In this document: positions 26,306 through 38,223 of the stretch, one piece after another
How positions within the stretch are numbered: the stretch's first letter is position 1
Layout of the letters: each line of letters starts with the position of its first letter
NCBI RefSeq assembly: GCF_036321535.1
Contig: NC_087437.1
Coordinates: 34,536,001 to 34,600,000 of the forward strand
Length of the DNA: 64,000 nt
Direction: 5' to 3'
From: Camelus dromedarius
Lineage: Eukaryota
The notes under the pieces: generated by a model
Told to the model about the DNA's origin: nothing
The model's database searches: none
The model's input: the letters and a program-made list of their open reading frames with translations, nothing else
Position numbers and translations under genes: made by a program

Positions 26306-27595
26306 CTAACATCTAAATAATAACTCTGATTTAGCCAGAATGAATGGTAAATTGATTTTGTGAAGTAGAAATTCTTTTTCCACACAGGTGAATGGATAGT
26401 CTTGAGGTTGCAGTGAACATGCCTGTATTGTCCACTATGGTGCTTTTTGCTTCTTTTCTTTTCTGGAGAAAAATCACATAACTATGTAATTTGACACCTT
26501 TAAAACTGTCCCCAAATTATTTCTTTGTTTTCCAAATTGGCTCTTTTCCTATTTTAAAACTTTTGAATTCCTCAAATCACTAATTCTGTCACTTGCTTCC
26601 TCACTTTTAGCAGATAACCTTGTCCCTTCACAGGGAAAAAGAAATCATCATTAAGATTTTCTCACATAACAAGCTTCTTTCTGTGAAGCAGACGCACATG
26701 TGTGAGTTTTGGAAGGAACATCCCATGGTCCATTTTGAATGGAAGGAGATGTTCTGAGGTGTGGATCTATATTGAGTCATAAGCAAAGTCAGGTGACAGG
26801 GAAAAAAAGATGGAAAGTTGTGACAAGGAGATATGAGGAAGGAGGTGCATGGATGGACATCTTTAGATTATGCCCAGAGTGTGAGAATAACTGTGTCCCA
26901 TGTGGATGCTTATCAAGGACTCCTGTAGAGGAGAGTCTCAATAATTAGGTGGACAAAATGGCCTTCCCTAGGCATCTAAGTGTTTGTTCAAAAGCCTTAT
27001 TTAAAAATGTTCCATGGTGGCAGGGAAGGAGATTATGCATAGGTTCAACATCAGCTTCCTCCAGTGCGGCTGACTTGGCTATTTCAACTTCTGAGTACCT
27101 GACATACCTGCAGCAGCGACCAATAACTGAGCCCCGATCCAGCCTGCAGCCCTGGAAAATCAACCAGCCATCTAGGGGCAGACTGACTATGCAGACCTCT
27201 TTCCATCATGGAGAGGGTGGCAATATTTCCATACTGTAAATATATATTTACTATAGATGTAGGTTTATTCTCCCTGCATGCCAAATTTCCCCCCTGCATC
27301 ATTACCTATAGTCCCACTAAGTACCTAGTCCATTGTTATGGTATTCCATTAACCATGGCTTCTGACCAGGGAATTTGTTTATTGATGAATGAAGTAAAGC
27401 ACTGAACTAATACTACTCAGATCCACTGGCCTTACCATGTATCCTATCACCTAAAAGTGGGGGGGGGGGGGGGTTTAGAAAGGCAGACGGTCCTTTGGGA
27501 GACCCAGTTAAGGTACCAGCTTGAAAACCACACTATGTGAGGGTATAATGCTATCAGTCAGGATGCAGTAAATGCAAATCTTCCAAGCCCGCAAC

Positions 27596-27690
27596 ACCTA
27601 TAGATGTGAAGTAGGAGTGACACTTCCTACTAAAAAAACCCATAAACCTATAGATGTGAAGTAGGAGTGACACTTCCTACTAAAAAAACC
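27596..27690. repeat. Perfect 45-bp direct duplication, 50-bp period
   Basis: ACCTATAGATGTGAAGTAGGAGTGACACTTCCTACTAAAAAAACC at 27596-27640 and 27646-27690. Confidence 0.97.
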
Positions 27691-28009
27691 TAATGACCCA
27701 CTCCCTAAATTTTTGCTTTCTGTCCCTGCAACTTTTAACTCTGCTGGTCCAACAGTCTTTTTATCCAAGGGAGGAGTGAGTTCATTAGGAGACACAAAAC
27801 TAGTTACAATGAACTAGAGGCTGAGACTGACACCTGGTCTTTTTGGATTCCTCATGGGGGATTACACATATTGTCTTGGGTGCTTGATTTTGATTTTAAA
27901 GGGAAATTAGGGTTTCTACTATACAATGAAGGCAAGCAGGAGCCTATTTGGGACCTAGAGCATCCTTGCCTCCTATTACCATCATGCCCAGTGGTAAAAG
28001 CCAATGGAA

Positions 28010-28191
28010 TATAAAAATAGGTTAAAACCAAATTTCTTTTGTATAGCACAGGGAATTATATTCCATATCTTGTAATAACCTTTAATGAAAAAGAATATTA
28101 AAATGAATATATGTATGTATATGCATGACTGGGACATTGTGCCGTACACCAGAGATTGACACATTGTAACTAACCATACTTCAATTAAAAA
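28010..28191 (+). mobile_element. Short young L1 3' end nested in ERV-L
   Basis: Perfect 14-bp TSD AAAAGCCAATGGAA at 27996-28009 and 28192-28205. Confidence 0.92.
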
Positions 28192-28704
28192 AAAAGCCAA
28201 TGGAAAATCTCAGGAATCTTTATGTCAGAGTCAGAAAGCTCAGACCTTTTAGGAAAGAAGGTTTGGGTCATTTCAGCAGGTAAATGATTCCAATCATTTA
28301 AGCTTCTGGCTGAGAGCAAAGGGAGCATAGACTAAGTAGGGGCAGAAGAAAGTTACAAACGCCGGTTACAGCCTTGTGGCCTGTGGCCCCTATCCTTATT
28401 TTCTTCCTTGGTCTGTTCTTTTTTCTCTTGACCTTTTTATTTGAGGTTAACTTCACAATTTAGTCCATCGATTACAGGGTATCAATACTGAGTTGTGACT
28501 TAGCCAGAGGAGGAAAAACATTAACCAAAGAGAAATGAAGTTAATGATGAGATTCTGCGTCTTGAAGAGAGAGAATGAAGGTAACTTCTTTTGTACAAGA
28601 ACTGATGGCATTAGGAGAGGCAGGAGCATGTTGTTGCAATTTGTGGCTTGAAATTTTAAGTGTGGGGAGAAGGATGAACGCACGCTGAAGAGCCAAAGGA
28701 ATGA

Positions 28705-29210
28705 ACAGTGACAATATTGCTAATTGGATCGTTCCACAGCTTTTCATTCCGTTGTCGCACGCCTTCCCGCGCTTCAGAAGCTGAGAAGCTAAAGACTATG
28801 TTTCCTAGATTTGCATGAAGTGTAGCAAGGGTTACTCCTGCTTCTGCCAGGCAGATGCACCTTCGCCAGACTTGGCAGGCAGAAGTGAGCATCACAAGGC
28901 AGAGTCCACGTGGTTCTTCTTGGCAAGCACAGATGTAGAGGCTTTTGTTTTTTCTGCTGCAGCTGTTGTGGAGGTTCTAGTGACCAGATCCTGGATTCAT
29001 GGGTAGCAGGCAGCAGGTGATGGCAGCAAGAACGTATCTGCTGGAACGTTCCCATGATGTGGCTGGGCCTTTCCCCTGGCTGTGCTGTCGATGACTGTGC
29101 AAAAACCAAGGTTGCTTCCTTAGCCTTCCCAGACAGCCTGTAAACTAACCAATACCCTGTAATAAACCCTTTTCTGCTTAAGCTAGGGAGAGAGTAGTCC
29201 GATGTCTAAA
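28705..29210 (+). mobile_element. ERVL LTR (LTR33-like), possibly the 3' LTR of the upstream ERV-L
   Basis: GAAGCTGAGAAGCTAAAGACTATGTTTCCTAGA...CAGATGCACC...ATACCCTGTAATAAACCCTTTTCTGCTTAAGCTAG. Confidence 0.65.
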
Positions 29211-29224
29211 ATTAGTACTCTAGG

Positions 29225-29325
29225 CAGGTAGGTATAGCTCAGTGGTAGTGTGTGCATGAGGTTCTGGGTTCAATCCCCAGTACCTTCATTAAAAATAAAT
29301 AAATAAAGTTAGAAAATCTATTTTT
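29225..29325 (+). mobile_element. vic-1-type SINE, internally deleted
   Basis: GGTATAGCTCAGTGGTAG...GAGGTTCTGGGTTCAATCCCCAGTACC, A-rich tail, flanking AAAATTAGTA repeats. Confidence 0.85.
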
Positions 29326-29439
29326 AAAAATTAGTATTGTAACTAACATGTTTCTAAACTAGAGTATGGCAAAGGTGATAAGATTCCCCAGTTTGAGAGA
29401 GGGAGTGAGTGTTTGAGATTCAGACACAATAACCCCCTC

Positions 29440-30290
29440 ACCTCCTGTTCAGTCCTCAACCACTAAAATATGGCCTCTACCTCCTCCACTACTGCCTTTG
29501 TTAAGATCACCAAGACTTCCCTGATATAACCCCTTGGCAGCATTTGACCCTGTTGCTCACCTAACACTTCCAGAAACATCTCCCTCCCTTTAGCTTTGAT
29601 GTACACAATCTTCTGGTGTCCTTCCTTTTTCCTCTGTTCCTCCTCAGTGTTCTTTGAGGGGCCTTCTTTCTCTGCTGCTGATGATTGAAAGATGAGTATT
29701 CCTCAGAGTTCTCTACCAAATCTGCTCCTCTTCTTACTCTACATATTACGCAGGCGGGATTTTAGATTTTTTTCCTACTCCTATGGATTTAGTTAATTGC
29801 TGTCCAATGCTGACTTTCAAATTTATTTCTTCAAGACAGTTACTCCTCCTCAGGACCAACTGCATTCTGAATATCCCTACTTCAGTGGCTCAGAACCACG
29901 TTAATCATAAGACAGACATAACAGAACTCATTAGCTTCCTCCTCTCCCCTCATCAAAATCCCTCGAACTAGCAAAGTACTTCATTATATTCCCTACCCTG
30001 GTAGACAGCATCACTGTCAGCAGGAGCGCTCAAACCAGAAACCATGTGTCAGCCTTCACTTTCACCCTCCTGTGCTTAACCAACCAGTCCTCAAGTCCTA
30101 CAACTTCCACCTCCCAAATATCTCTCTGCTCATCTCTACTGCCTTAGTTTTAGATACCATCATCTCCAGCCTGGCTTACCACAACAGCCTCTGAAACTGT
30201 CTCTTCCTCCCATCTTGCCTCCTTCCTAGTTCATTCTTCATCTTGAAGACAGATCGATACATCCTGAGCAATGCCAAGTCATGTCTTTCC
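29440..30290 (+). mobile_element. L2 fragment
   Basis: ACTGCCTTTGTTAAGATCACCA...GGCAGCATTTGAC...TTCCACCTCCCAAATATCTCT are L2 ORF2-like motifs. Confidence 0.65.
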
Positions 30291-30805
30291 CCACCCACAG
30301 AATAAATAATCTTAACCCCCTTCACCAGGCTTCTAAGGTTTTCCATGGGTTGGTTTCTCCAGCATCATTTATTATACTCCTTGCTTCCTTTCCAGCACAT
30401 GTTGTGCCCAGCCTGACTCAACTTCTCTCACATCAAGAACTAGATGAAAGCATTTATGTAGATTAGTTAATGCAACCCCTCATTCTACTGACCAAAAAAG
30501 CCAGCTAATCCCTCACTATACTGACAAAAAGAGCCGGCTCAAGAAGCAGGCTGCATCTCATATATAGAAGGTCACCCAGTTTGTTAAAATTAGAATCTGG
30601 ATTGGAATCTAGATCTCCTGACTTCTCAACTAGCACTGATAATAAATCAGCAGTGCACAGACTGGAGAAAATTGACAGTAATGAAAACAAACACATTTTG
30701 GAAAAAAGTACTTCATCCTCTTCAGAATTTAGTTACTATGACTTTGATTTGAGGAATAGTTTCACCAAGTTCTAAAACAATTTTTAAAGTTTCAAACAGG
30801 GTCAT

Positions 30806-31524
30806 ACAAGAAAAGAATTCATGTTTTATGGGGCTATAAGCTTAAATAATTGAGGCAGAGGGCTCATTAAGAAAAAGGTTAAAATATATTACATTTGCAA
30901 ATGTTATAAGAACATGTGAACACGCTGCTGGGGCCTGGTGGTAGCCAGCTTCCCATGATGAAGATTTCCCTATTCCCTGGTATTCATGCCCTTGTATAAT
31001 TCCTCTCCAATACTGTATTGAGACTGGTCTGTGAGAGCAAGAGAACATAGTAGAAGTGATGTCACTTTGAAGGCTAGGTTATAAAAGACATTATGACTTC
31101 TAATTCTCTCTCTCTTGGATTATTCACTCTGGGGAACCCAGCTACCATGTTGTGAGAACCCCAAGTAGCCCTGTAGAGGAGCCCATGTGGGGAAAAACTG
31201 AGGCCCCTAGCCCACAGTGACGTGAGTGAGCCATCTTGGAAGCAGATCCTCCAGCCCTGCTCAAGAATTTAAATAACTGAATCCTTGGCTACAAACTCAT
31301 GTGATATTCTGGGCCAGACTACCCAGATAAGCTTCTCCCTGATTCCAGACTCAGAAACTGTGTGAGATAATAAGTTATTGTTTTAAGTTGATAAGTTTTG
31401 GAATAATTTGTTATACAGAAATTGGTAACTAATGCAGGTTCCTCATGGGTCCTTGGAAGAGGCCCATGCAGGTGAGAGGCCTAGAAGTTTGAATTTCATA
31501 AGCTTTATGATAAATTGGTCTCTG
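30806..31524. mobile_element. MER53-like hAT MITE split by an MLT1 LTR
   Basis: The halves at 30806-30936 and 31437-31524 join to a MER53-like sequence (CTTGGAAGAGGCCCATGCAGGTGAGAGGCC...ATGATAAATTGGTCTCTG). Confidence 0.55.
30937..31436 (+). mobile_element. MaLR solo LTR (MLT1F-like)
   Basis: CCCTGGTATTCATGCCCTTGTATAAT...GAGCCATCTTGGAAGCAGATCCTCCAGCCC...GAAACTGTGTGAGATAATAA...TAATTTGTTATACAG. Confidence 0.8.
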
Positions 31525-31555
31525 CCCTGGTTAATGGCTAAGTCTACTAGGTTGT

Positions 31556-31973
31556 TGTGACAGCTAGTTTTCTACCAAAATTTGTTCTTTCTTCCACAGA
31601 GACTGTAACTAGGTCATGCCTATCCAGCCAGGAGCCACAATGCCCAGCCTTCTCTGCAGCTGAGTATTTCATGTGGCTAAGCTCTTGTTAACAGAATGCA
31701 GCAGAAGTAATCTGTGCCATTCTGGACTGTGCCTTCAAGAGGATGGGCACTGCACCCCTTTCCTCCTTCTCATGGGCTGGGATGGTGACCAGCAGAATAA
31801 ACCTAGAAGCCACATGTTGAAGGTGGCAGAATCTCTGCCTGGCTGAGTCCCTGAGTGACCCCATGGAGCACAGCCTCTACCCCTCCAGGCTGGAACAGCC
31901 CCTGGAACAATTTTGCTAGAGAGAAACAAACTTCTATTATACTTGAGTGACTGTCTTTTAAGGTTTATGTATT
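31556..31973 (+). mobile_element. Old MaLR LTR (MLT1I/J-like)
   Basis: GCAGAAGTAATCTGTGCCA...TAGAAGCCACATGTTGAAGGTGGCAGA...GTCCCTGAGTGAC...GAGAAACAAACTTCTATT. Confidence 0.65.
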
Positions 31974-31989
31974 AAAACAAGTGAACCCA

Positions 31990-32345
31990 AGTGAACTTAT
32001 TTACAAAACAAAGACACATTCATAGACATAGAAATCAAACTTATGGTTTACCGGGGGATGGGGAGGGATAAATTGAGAGTTTGGGATTTGCAGATACTAA
32101 CTACTATATATAAAATAGATAAACAACAAGGTCCTACCTTATAGCACAGGAAACTATATTCAATATCTTATAATAACCTATAATGATAAAGAATATGAAA
32201 AGGAAAAAATACATATATGCATAACTGAATCACTATGCTGTACACCAGAAACTAACTTAACATTGTAAATCAACTATACTTCAATTCAAAAAAAGGAAAC
32301 AATCCAAAAAAAAAAACAAAAAAGGAAAACAAAAAAACAAACAAA
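31990..32345 (+). mobile_element. L1 3'UTR fragment
   Basis: L1 3'UTR with A-rich tail; TSD AAAACAAGTGAA at ~31974-31985 and ~32346-32357. Confidence 0.9.
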
Positions 32346-32974
32346 AAAACAAGTGAATCTTACTCTAACTAATTCGTTATGTTAGTTCAAAATTTAGATA
32401 CCAATTTTTATCCCCAGGGTCTAGTCTTGGTGTTATTTATTTCTGTAGCTGTTTGTTAATTTATTAGCTTTTTACTCTGTAAAATGTCAAACAACCAAAG
32501 TAGAGGAAATGAGGCCTAATGTACCCATCACTAAACTTTCAACGTTTATGTTATAAGCCCATTCCTATTTCTTGCATGTATGTGCCATTTCCTACATTTT
32601 AATGGTCATTTGTATGTCATCAATATCCTTTTTCCCCTTGGCTCCCTTCTGGATTATTTCAAAGCAAATCTCAGAATCTCAATCAACATATTTCACTGGA
32701 GAGATTTTAAACGTCATGTAAGAAACCTCCTTTCCTGGAACTCGGTGCTTTCTGTGAAACTGGGGCTATGAAAAAAGCCAATGCCCCATTGCTCGACAGC
32801 ACATAATGAGGACATTGCAACCTGCAAGGTTAAGCGCACCTGCCAGTGTGAGAGGCACAACCTGTCCCTATAGTCTACCAGAATCTACCTTCAACCCCTC
32901 CAAGCTGGAAGCTCTGAGCCTATAAAGGGAGCTTCCGTGTCTGGCAGGTGGAGAGTATGAAGTAACCCACATCA

Positions 32975-33140
32975 GGCTGAGAACTTCTGTTCAGATGACT
33001 TGAGTTCTAAACGTCTAAAACTTGATCAGCTACTTACTAGTTGTATGCCCTTCAACCATTTACTTAATTATTCAGATCCTCACATTTTCTCATTTATAAG
33101 ATGGAGATGACACCTATTCTATCACTGGGTTGATATAATG
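32975..33140 (+). mobile_element. MIR SINE
   Basis: CTACTTACTAGTTGTATGCCCTT...CCTCACATTTTCTCATTTATAAGATGGAGAT. Confidence 0.6.
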
Positions 33141-34009
33141 AAATCTCCTAAGGTTTTTTAAGTCATAAACTTTATATGATGATCAGTTTATAACATGGAA
33201 GTAAAACAAGCTGTTTTAAATTCTTATTTAATGTTTCCCTATAGAGTAGAATTTAAAGTCACTTAAGCTGTAGGAATCAATTAAAATCAGTGTTATTGGT
33301 GGGACTAATTATTTTTTCTAAGTGGTTTTTTGAATATGAATCCGCACCACCATCCCATGAAAGGGAAAATGACGCTGCAGTTTGTATTTCTGAATCTCTT
33401 GTGCCTGAGAAAATTGGGCAGCACCATGGTGAGCTCCTGCAGGGCAAAGAGTAAATTTATCCAAATTTTCCCCTCGGTTGCTTAGCTTCTGCCCACCGCC
33501 AACAAGATCCAGATTTTGACCCAGACAGTTCTGGATAATCTGGGATATGGAGATTTCCAGATCTTACTGACTCCCTCAGACACCAGAATGTCTCTTTCTG
33601 CATTACTGAGCTCAATTCCAACTGGGTCACAGTGTCAGGCAAGGTACGTGTTGGCAGGGGAAGAGGTAAAGCAGGTTGTCTTGCTTGGCCGCACCGTGGG
33701 CTCCCCAAGCTCATGGTGCCTGCTCAGCAGCCTCTGATGTCTCACTCAGACCTCCTTAGCCTTCACCCTAGTCTCTGACCTTGCCTCTTCCTCTTCTTGA
33801 CCTCTCTGTTTCCCCCCTCCTTTTACACTAGTTCAGTAACATCATCATAGCACTATTTTTAAAAAGGAAGTGTACAGTAATTCATGTGAAAAGTAAGCAA
33901 TTTGTTTTTTGTTTTTTTCCTATCCTGTTGAATCTGCATGCAATGTCTTTCCTTTCTTGTTTCTGTTTTTAAATTACATTATAAACACCTGGCCAGTTAG
34001 AGTGTTCCT

Positions 34010-35050
34010 GTTTTTTTAACTTTAAATTTAGAATAGTTTGAGATTTACAAGAAAGTTGCAAAGATAGTACAGAGAGTTCCCCCATCTACCCCTCACTCAG
34101 TTTCCCTTACTGTTAGCATCTTACATTAGCAGGCTACATTTGTCACAACTGAAAAACCAACATTGATACGTTGCTAATGAACTAAATTCTAGACTTCATT
34201 TGGATTTCACTAATTTTCCACTAATGTCCTTCTTCTGTTCCAGGATCCCATCCAGAACACCACATTATATTTAGTCACTATGTCTCCTTAGACTCCACTG
34301 ATCTGTGACAATTTTTAAGGCTTTCCTCATTTTTCATGACCTTGGCAGTTTTGAGGATTACTGGTTAGGTACTTTGTACAATGCCTTTTAATTTGGTTTC
34401 TCTCTCTGGTTAGACTGGTGTTACAGGTTTTGGAGAGGATGGTCACAGAAAAGTACCATTCTCATCACATCGTATCAGGGATATATGCTATTATTATGAC
34501 TTATCACTGGTTATGTTAACCTTGCTCACTTAGTTTAGGTAGTGTTTGCTAGGTTTCTTCACCATGAAGTAATTTCTCCCCCTATACTCTATTCTTTGGA
34601 AGCAAATGACTAAACTCAGCCCACACTCAAGGGAGGAAGAGAGAGCAAGCTCCACCTCCTGGAAAGGAAATAGCTACAACAATTATTTGGAATTCTAATA
34701 GAAGGAAGATTTATCTCTTCTTTCTTGCTCATTTTTTCAGTCATTTATTTATATCAGTTTGGACTCCTGGACATTTATTTATACTTTGGGTTATACTTCA
34801 ATATTACATTATTTTTTGCTCTCAAATTCTTCCAGGTTTCTTTTGGGAGTTCTGTCACTTTGGCTCCCATATCTCCTTCGCGTGACCCATTCTTTTGTTT
34901 TTGAGAATAATAGGATGCTTCATGTTGTATTTTCTTGTATTCTCTCTGTCCCAACTTTAGAATCAGGCATTTTCCTTAAGAATTTTCATTCTTTTTATTA
35001 GAGAATATATTATAATTCAAAATCTAGGCACTGGGCATTGCTACTACTGG
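34010..35050 (-). mobile_element. Old L1 3'UTR (L1MC/L1MD-like)
   Basis: TTTAGAATAGTTTGAGATTTACAAGAAAGTTGCAAAGATAGTACAGAGAGTTCC...TTCTGTTCCAGGATCCCATCCAG. Confidence 0.8.
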
Positions 35051-37455
35051 GAAGAAACGTGTATATATATATCTATATATATATCTCTCTATAGATCCCA
35101 CATATATATATAAATTGTGTACATTTTAGTATGAGCCATTTGCTTGCTCTATAAGCTTAATTGTGAAAAGCAAATATATAAAAATTTTTGTGAGGTTATT
35201 ACAGAAAAGTGAATGAGATAGTAGAATGTATTTATATGAATTACAGAAAGTTCTCATTCCATTAAAATAATCTCAAGCAGAAAAATCTCTTAAATCCATT
35301 TAAAATATAATTCAATTTGACAAAATTTAATTTGAACATAACTTTTCAGCAACACACATTATCTCAGTCAAGTTTTTCTCTTTGGATTTCAAGTTCACAG
35401 GACAGAATTGATCATATTCAGCTCATGGCATGTTATCATTGTTGGTCCATGCAATGTCCCTCTCTAATTTTGTTAATTCCATTTCATCATCATACTCCAC
35501 TTCCATTTTCACTGTCCCCAAAGGTCACCTTTCTAGTGTATTAAATGAGTATCTTTTTTTGTATGTGTTTTTGTAAACTGTGTTTTGTTATTTTCTATGT
35601 CTTTCTCAATTATAAAAACAGCATTTTGTTACATAGCTCATTCTGTTTTTTACTTTAAAAATTAATAGACTTTATTTTATTTTTCCCATTTTCTTTTAAT
35701 GATATTTAATTTTCAGGCAGGAAAGTATTTGTAATGAGTTAAAATTGAATTGGACACTCAGTTTACTGCATTTGGTTTTACCTTATCTGAGAAATATTAT
35801 AATAATGGGGAAGTAATAAAGATTGATTTATGTAGTTTACAATTAATAGATTTTATTTTTTTAGGTTTACAGAAAAACTGAATGCAAAGTACAGAAAGTG
35901 CCTATATACTCCTGCCCTCTCCTGCCCAGTTTCCTTTATAACAACATTCTGCGTTAGTGATTAACTTTTGAACTTTAGTTGTCTCAGAAATGAAGAATAG
36001 GATGCTACTGTGTGGAAAGGGAAACTTTTGACTCTTAATAAATAACAGTGCATTTCACTGAATGGAAATAAAAGAGAAGTCTTGGAATATGGAGGTAGGT
36101 ACCATGAGACTCCAAAATCTATTATATAAATAGGAGCAGGGTCATTTAAAATTTCCTTTTCCTTCTGACTTTAAAACAACTCTTGACTCATCTTCAAAGA
36201 GAAGAAGAATAAAGGTCATTACAGACATCAATCATAGCCAGCTCTGTGATTTTATACTTGTGAGAACTAATTTACAAGTAAGTTCTCAATTCAATTCTTT
36301 GCATTAAATTGAAAATGAAAACTGCATCTGAGAGGAAGAATCAGCATCTGAAGAAAGATGATTGAAGTTCTTCTCATGGTGACTCTCATGGGAAGATGTT
36401 GTAGGACACTAAGATGCCCAGATGCAAAAGAAATTTCTGTCTCTGCTAGTGAGGCTGTAGGGAAACAGGCACCCTCTACATTTCTGGGAAATATTGGAAA
36501 ATCCCTCTGAGAGGCATTTCAGCAACATTGATCAAATTTTTATATGCATCTATACTCGGATCCAAGGAAATGCTCTTCAGTTTGGACTCAATCTGGGAAG
36601 TTATTTCTTCTCAAAAGGAAATGAACCAGGTGTGATTCTCACTGAAAACCTCAGTAGAAGCAGAGCACAGAGATGCTTGGCCAGAGATGGATGCAAAGCT
36701 CTGAGCATAGAAAAGGGGCCACTGCCCAGCGTAGGGCTGGCGGCAGGCTCAGCACAATGTATTTAAGGAAAACGAACCCCTATAGCCATCGTCCAGAGAG
36801 GTACCTCAGTAAGTCTGAACTTTGAGCAATTACCGATGCAGATTCTGAGAATTTTAAAGGACTTGTAAAGCAGCTATCGTTCCTGGGCAAATGGGTGTGT
36901 GGTAAGAACAGAGTGAGTTATTTGGAGGAGGATCAGCAAAGCCTAGAAGTGAAACCCAGTTGGGAAACCCAGTCTCCTGAGAGTTGTCTAAGAATTTCCA
37001 TCACTTTTTTAGTGGAGACATTGGACTATGACACTAGAATGCCTCCAAGCAGTAACTGTTCTATAGTATTAGGTGTGGCTGTAATTAGTGAATGGCATGT
37101 GTTTTCTTTTATATTGTGATTCAGTCAGTTTCAATTATTCTTTGTATTGTTTTTATAATACAATATAATATAATATTTATTGTATTATAAAGCCCCTCCT
37201 GTATTGTAATAGATAATGATCAGGGCTGGTGGACCCAAATAATGATTGCAATCAGTTGTCTGAATGAGGTGACTAGGTGGGCCATGGGCCCGGTAGCATG
37301 GTGCCTGAGTGTTTTGTCTGGAATGCTGCCTGTTACCCCAGTGCTGGGCAAGGAGTAATGTTCATCATGGTGACTCTGGCCCCCAAACTGCCACTTTATG
37401 TTTAGTCTGTTCTGTGCCAAAAGACAAGTAAGTTTCAACTTTAAATGCTCAAAAG

Positions 37456-37585
37456 CAATGGTTCTCTAACATTTCTGTGTATCAGGATTACCCTGAGTGC
37501 TATTAAAACACACATTGCTGGGCTCCCCCCTCAGAGATTCTGATTCAGTAGGTAGACTGGAACTCAAGAATTTGCATGGTAAGCT
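37456..37585. mobile_element. MER5-like hAT fragment
   Basis: CAATGGTTCTCTAAC...ATTGCTGGGCTCCCCC...GATTCTGATTCAGTAGGT...CAAGAATTTGCAT. Confidence 0.7.
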
Positions 37586-37974
37586 TCCATTATCTGGAAC
37601 ATCCAGAAATACTTCTCATTCCTCATGATGCTGAACTTAGAACTGAAGATGTCATTGCCAAGTGACATGGAAAGCAAGGTGCTCCTTACCTTACCTCCTC
37701 TCTAGCACAAAAGCCTCTGGGATCACTCTGCTGTACTTCCTCCATTCTTTAGTGACACCCACCTCTAAATCAGAATCTAAAATGGGGGTTTCACTCTCCT
37801 CTGTTATTAATTTGTCTCTTCTCTTTCCTCTAGTTCTTGGTGCTAATACACGTATAAGAACAGTGACTAATAGTGACTAATATTAACTAATATACAGCGG
37901 TATGTAATTGAACAAATGTATTTTAGGAGCAAAGACAGGGGCAATCAAGACAGACCCTTAACACTTCAACTAAC

Positions 37975-38223
37975 TAAATAAATAAATAAATAATTCTGAA
38001 GTATGAAAAAGAACGAAAGAGAGAAAGAACGAAAGAGAGAAAGAGAGAGAGAGAAAGAGAGAAAGAGAAAGAGAGAAATAGAAAGGAAAGAAAGGAAGGG
38101 AAGGAAGGGAAGGGAGGGAGGAAGGAAGGAAGAAAGAAAGAAAGAAAGGGAAGAGAAGAGAAGAGAAGAGAAGAGAAGAGAAGAGAAGAGAAGAGAAGAG
38201 AAGAAAGAAAAGAAAAGAAAAGA
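37975..38223. repeat. Compound microsatellite: (TAAA)n followed by a ~220-bp purine tract (GA/GAAA/GGAA/GAAGA)
   Basis: Seen directly; it accounts for the low-complexity ORFs 38003-38407 and 37974-38228. Confidence 0.95.

Larger units (their letters stand above)
26690..28380 (+). mobile_element. Degenerate ERV-L internal region: RNase H end, integrase, dUTPase
   Basis: Broken-frame motifs VSHVDAYQ, HGGRE, LQQRP, YLVHCYGIPLTMASDQG (integrase), HWPYHVSYH, then dUTPase-like RLRLTPGLFGFLM...GVLDFDFKGKLGFLLYNEGKQE. A dUTPase downstream of integrase is the ERV-L arrangement. Confidence 0.85.

Noticed and set aside
27596..27690. CRISPR-like palindromic repeat
   Set aside because: Only two units, a 5-bp spacer, mammalian context and no cas genes
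32837..32950. Inverted CACCTGCCAG/CTGGCAGGTG pair as divergent CTCF sites
   Set aside because: Only 10 bp and a poor match to the full CTCF motif; compatible with chance
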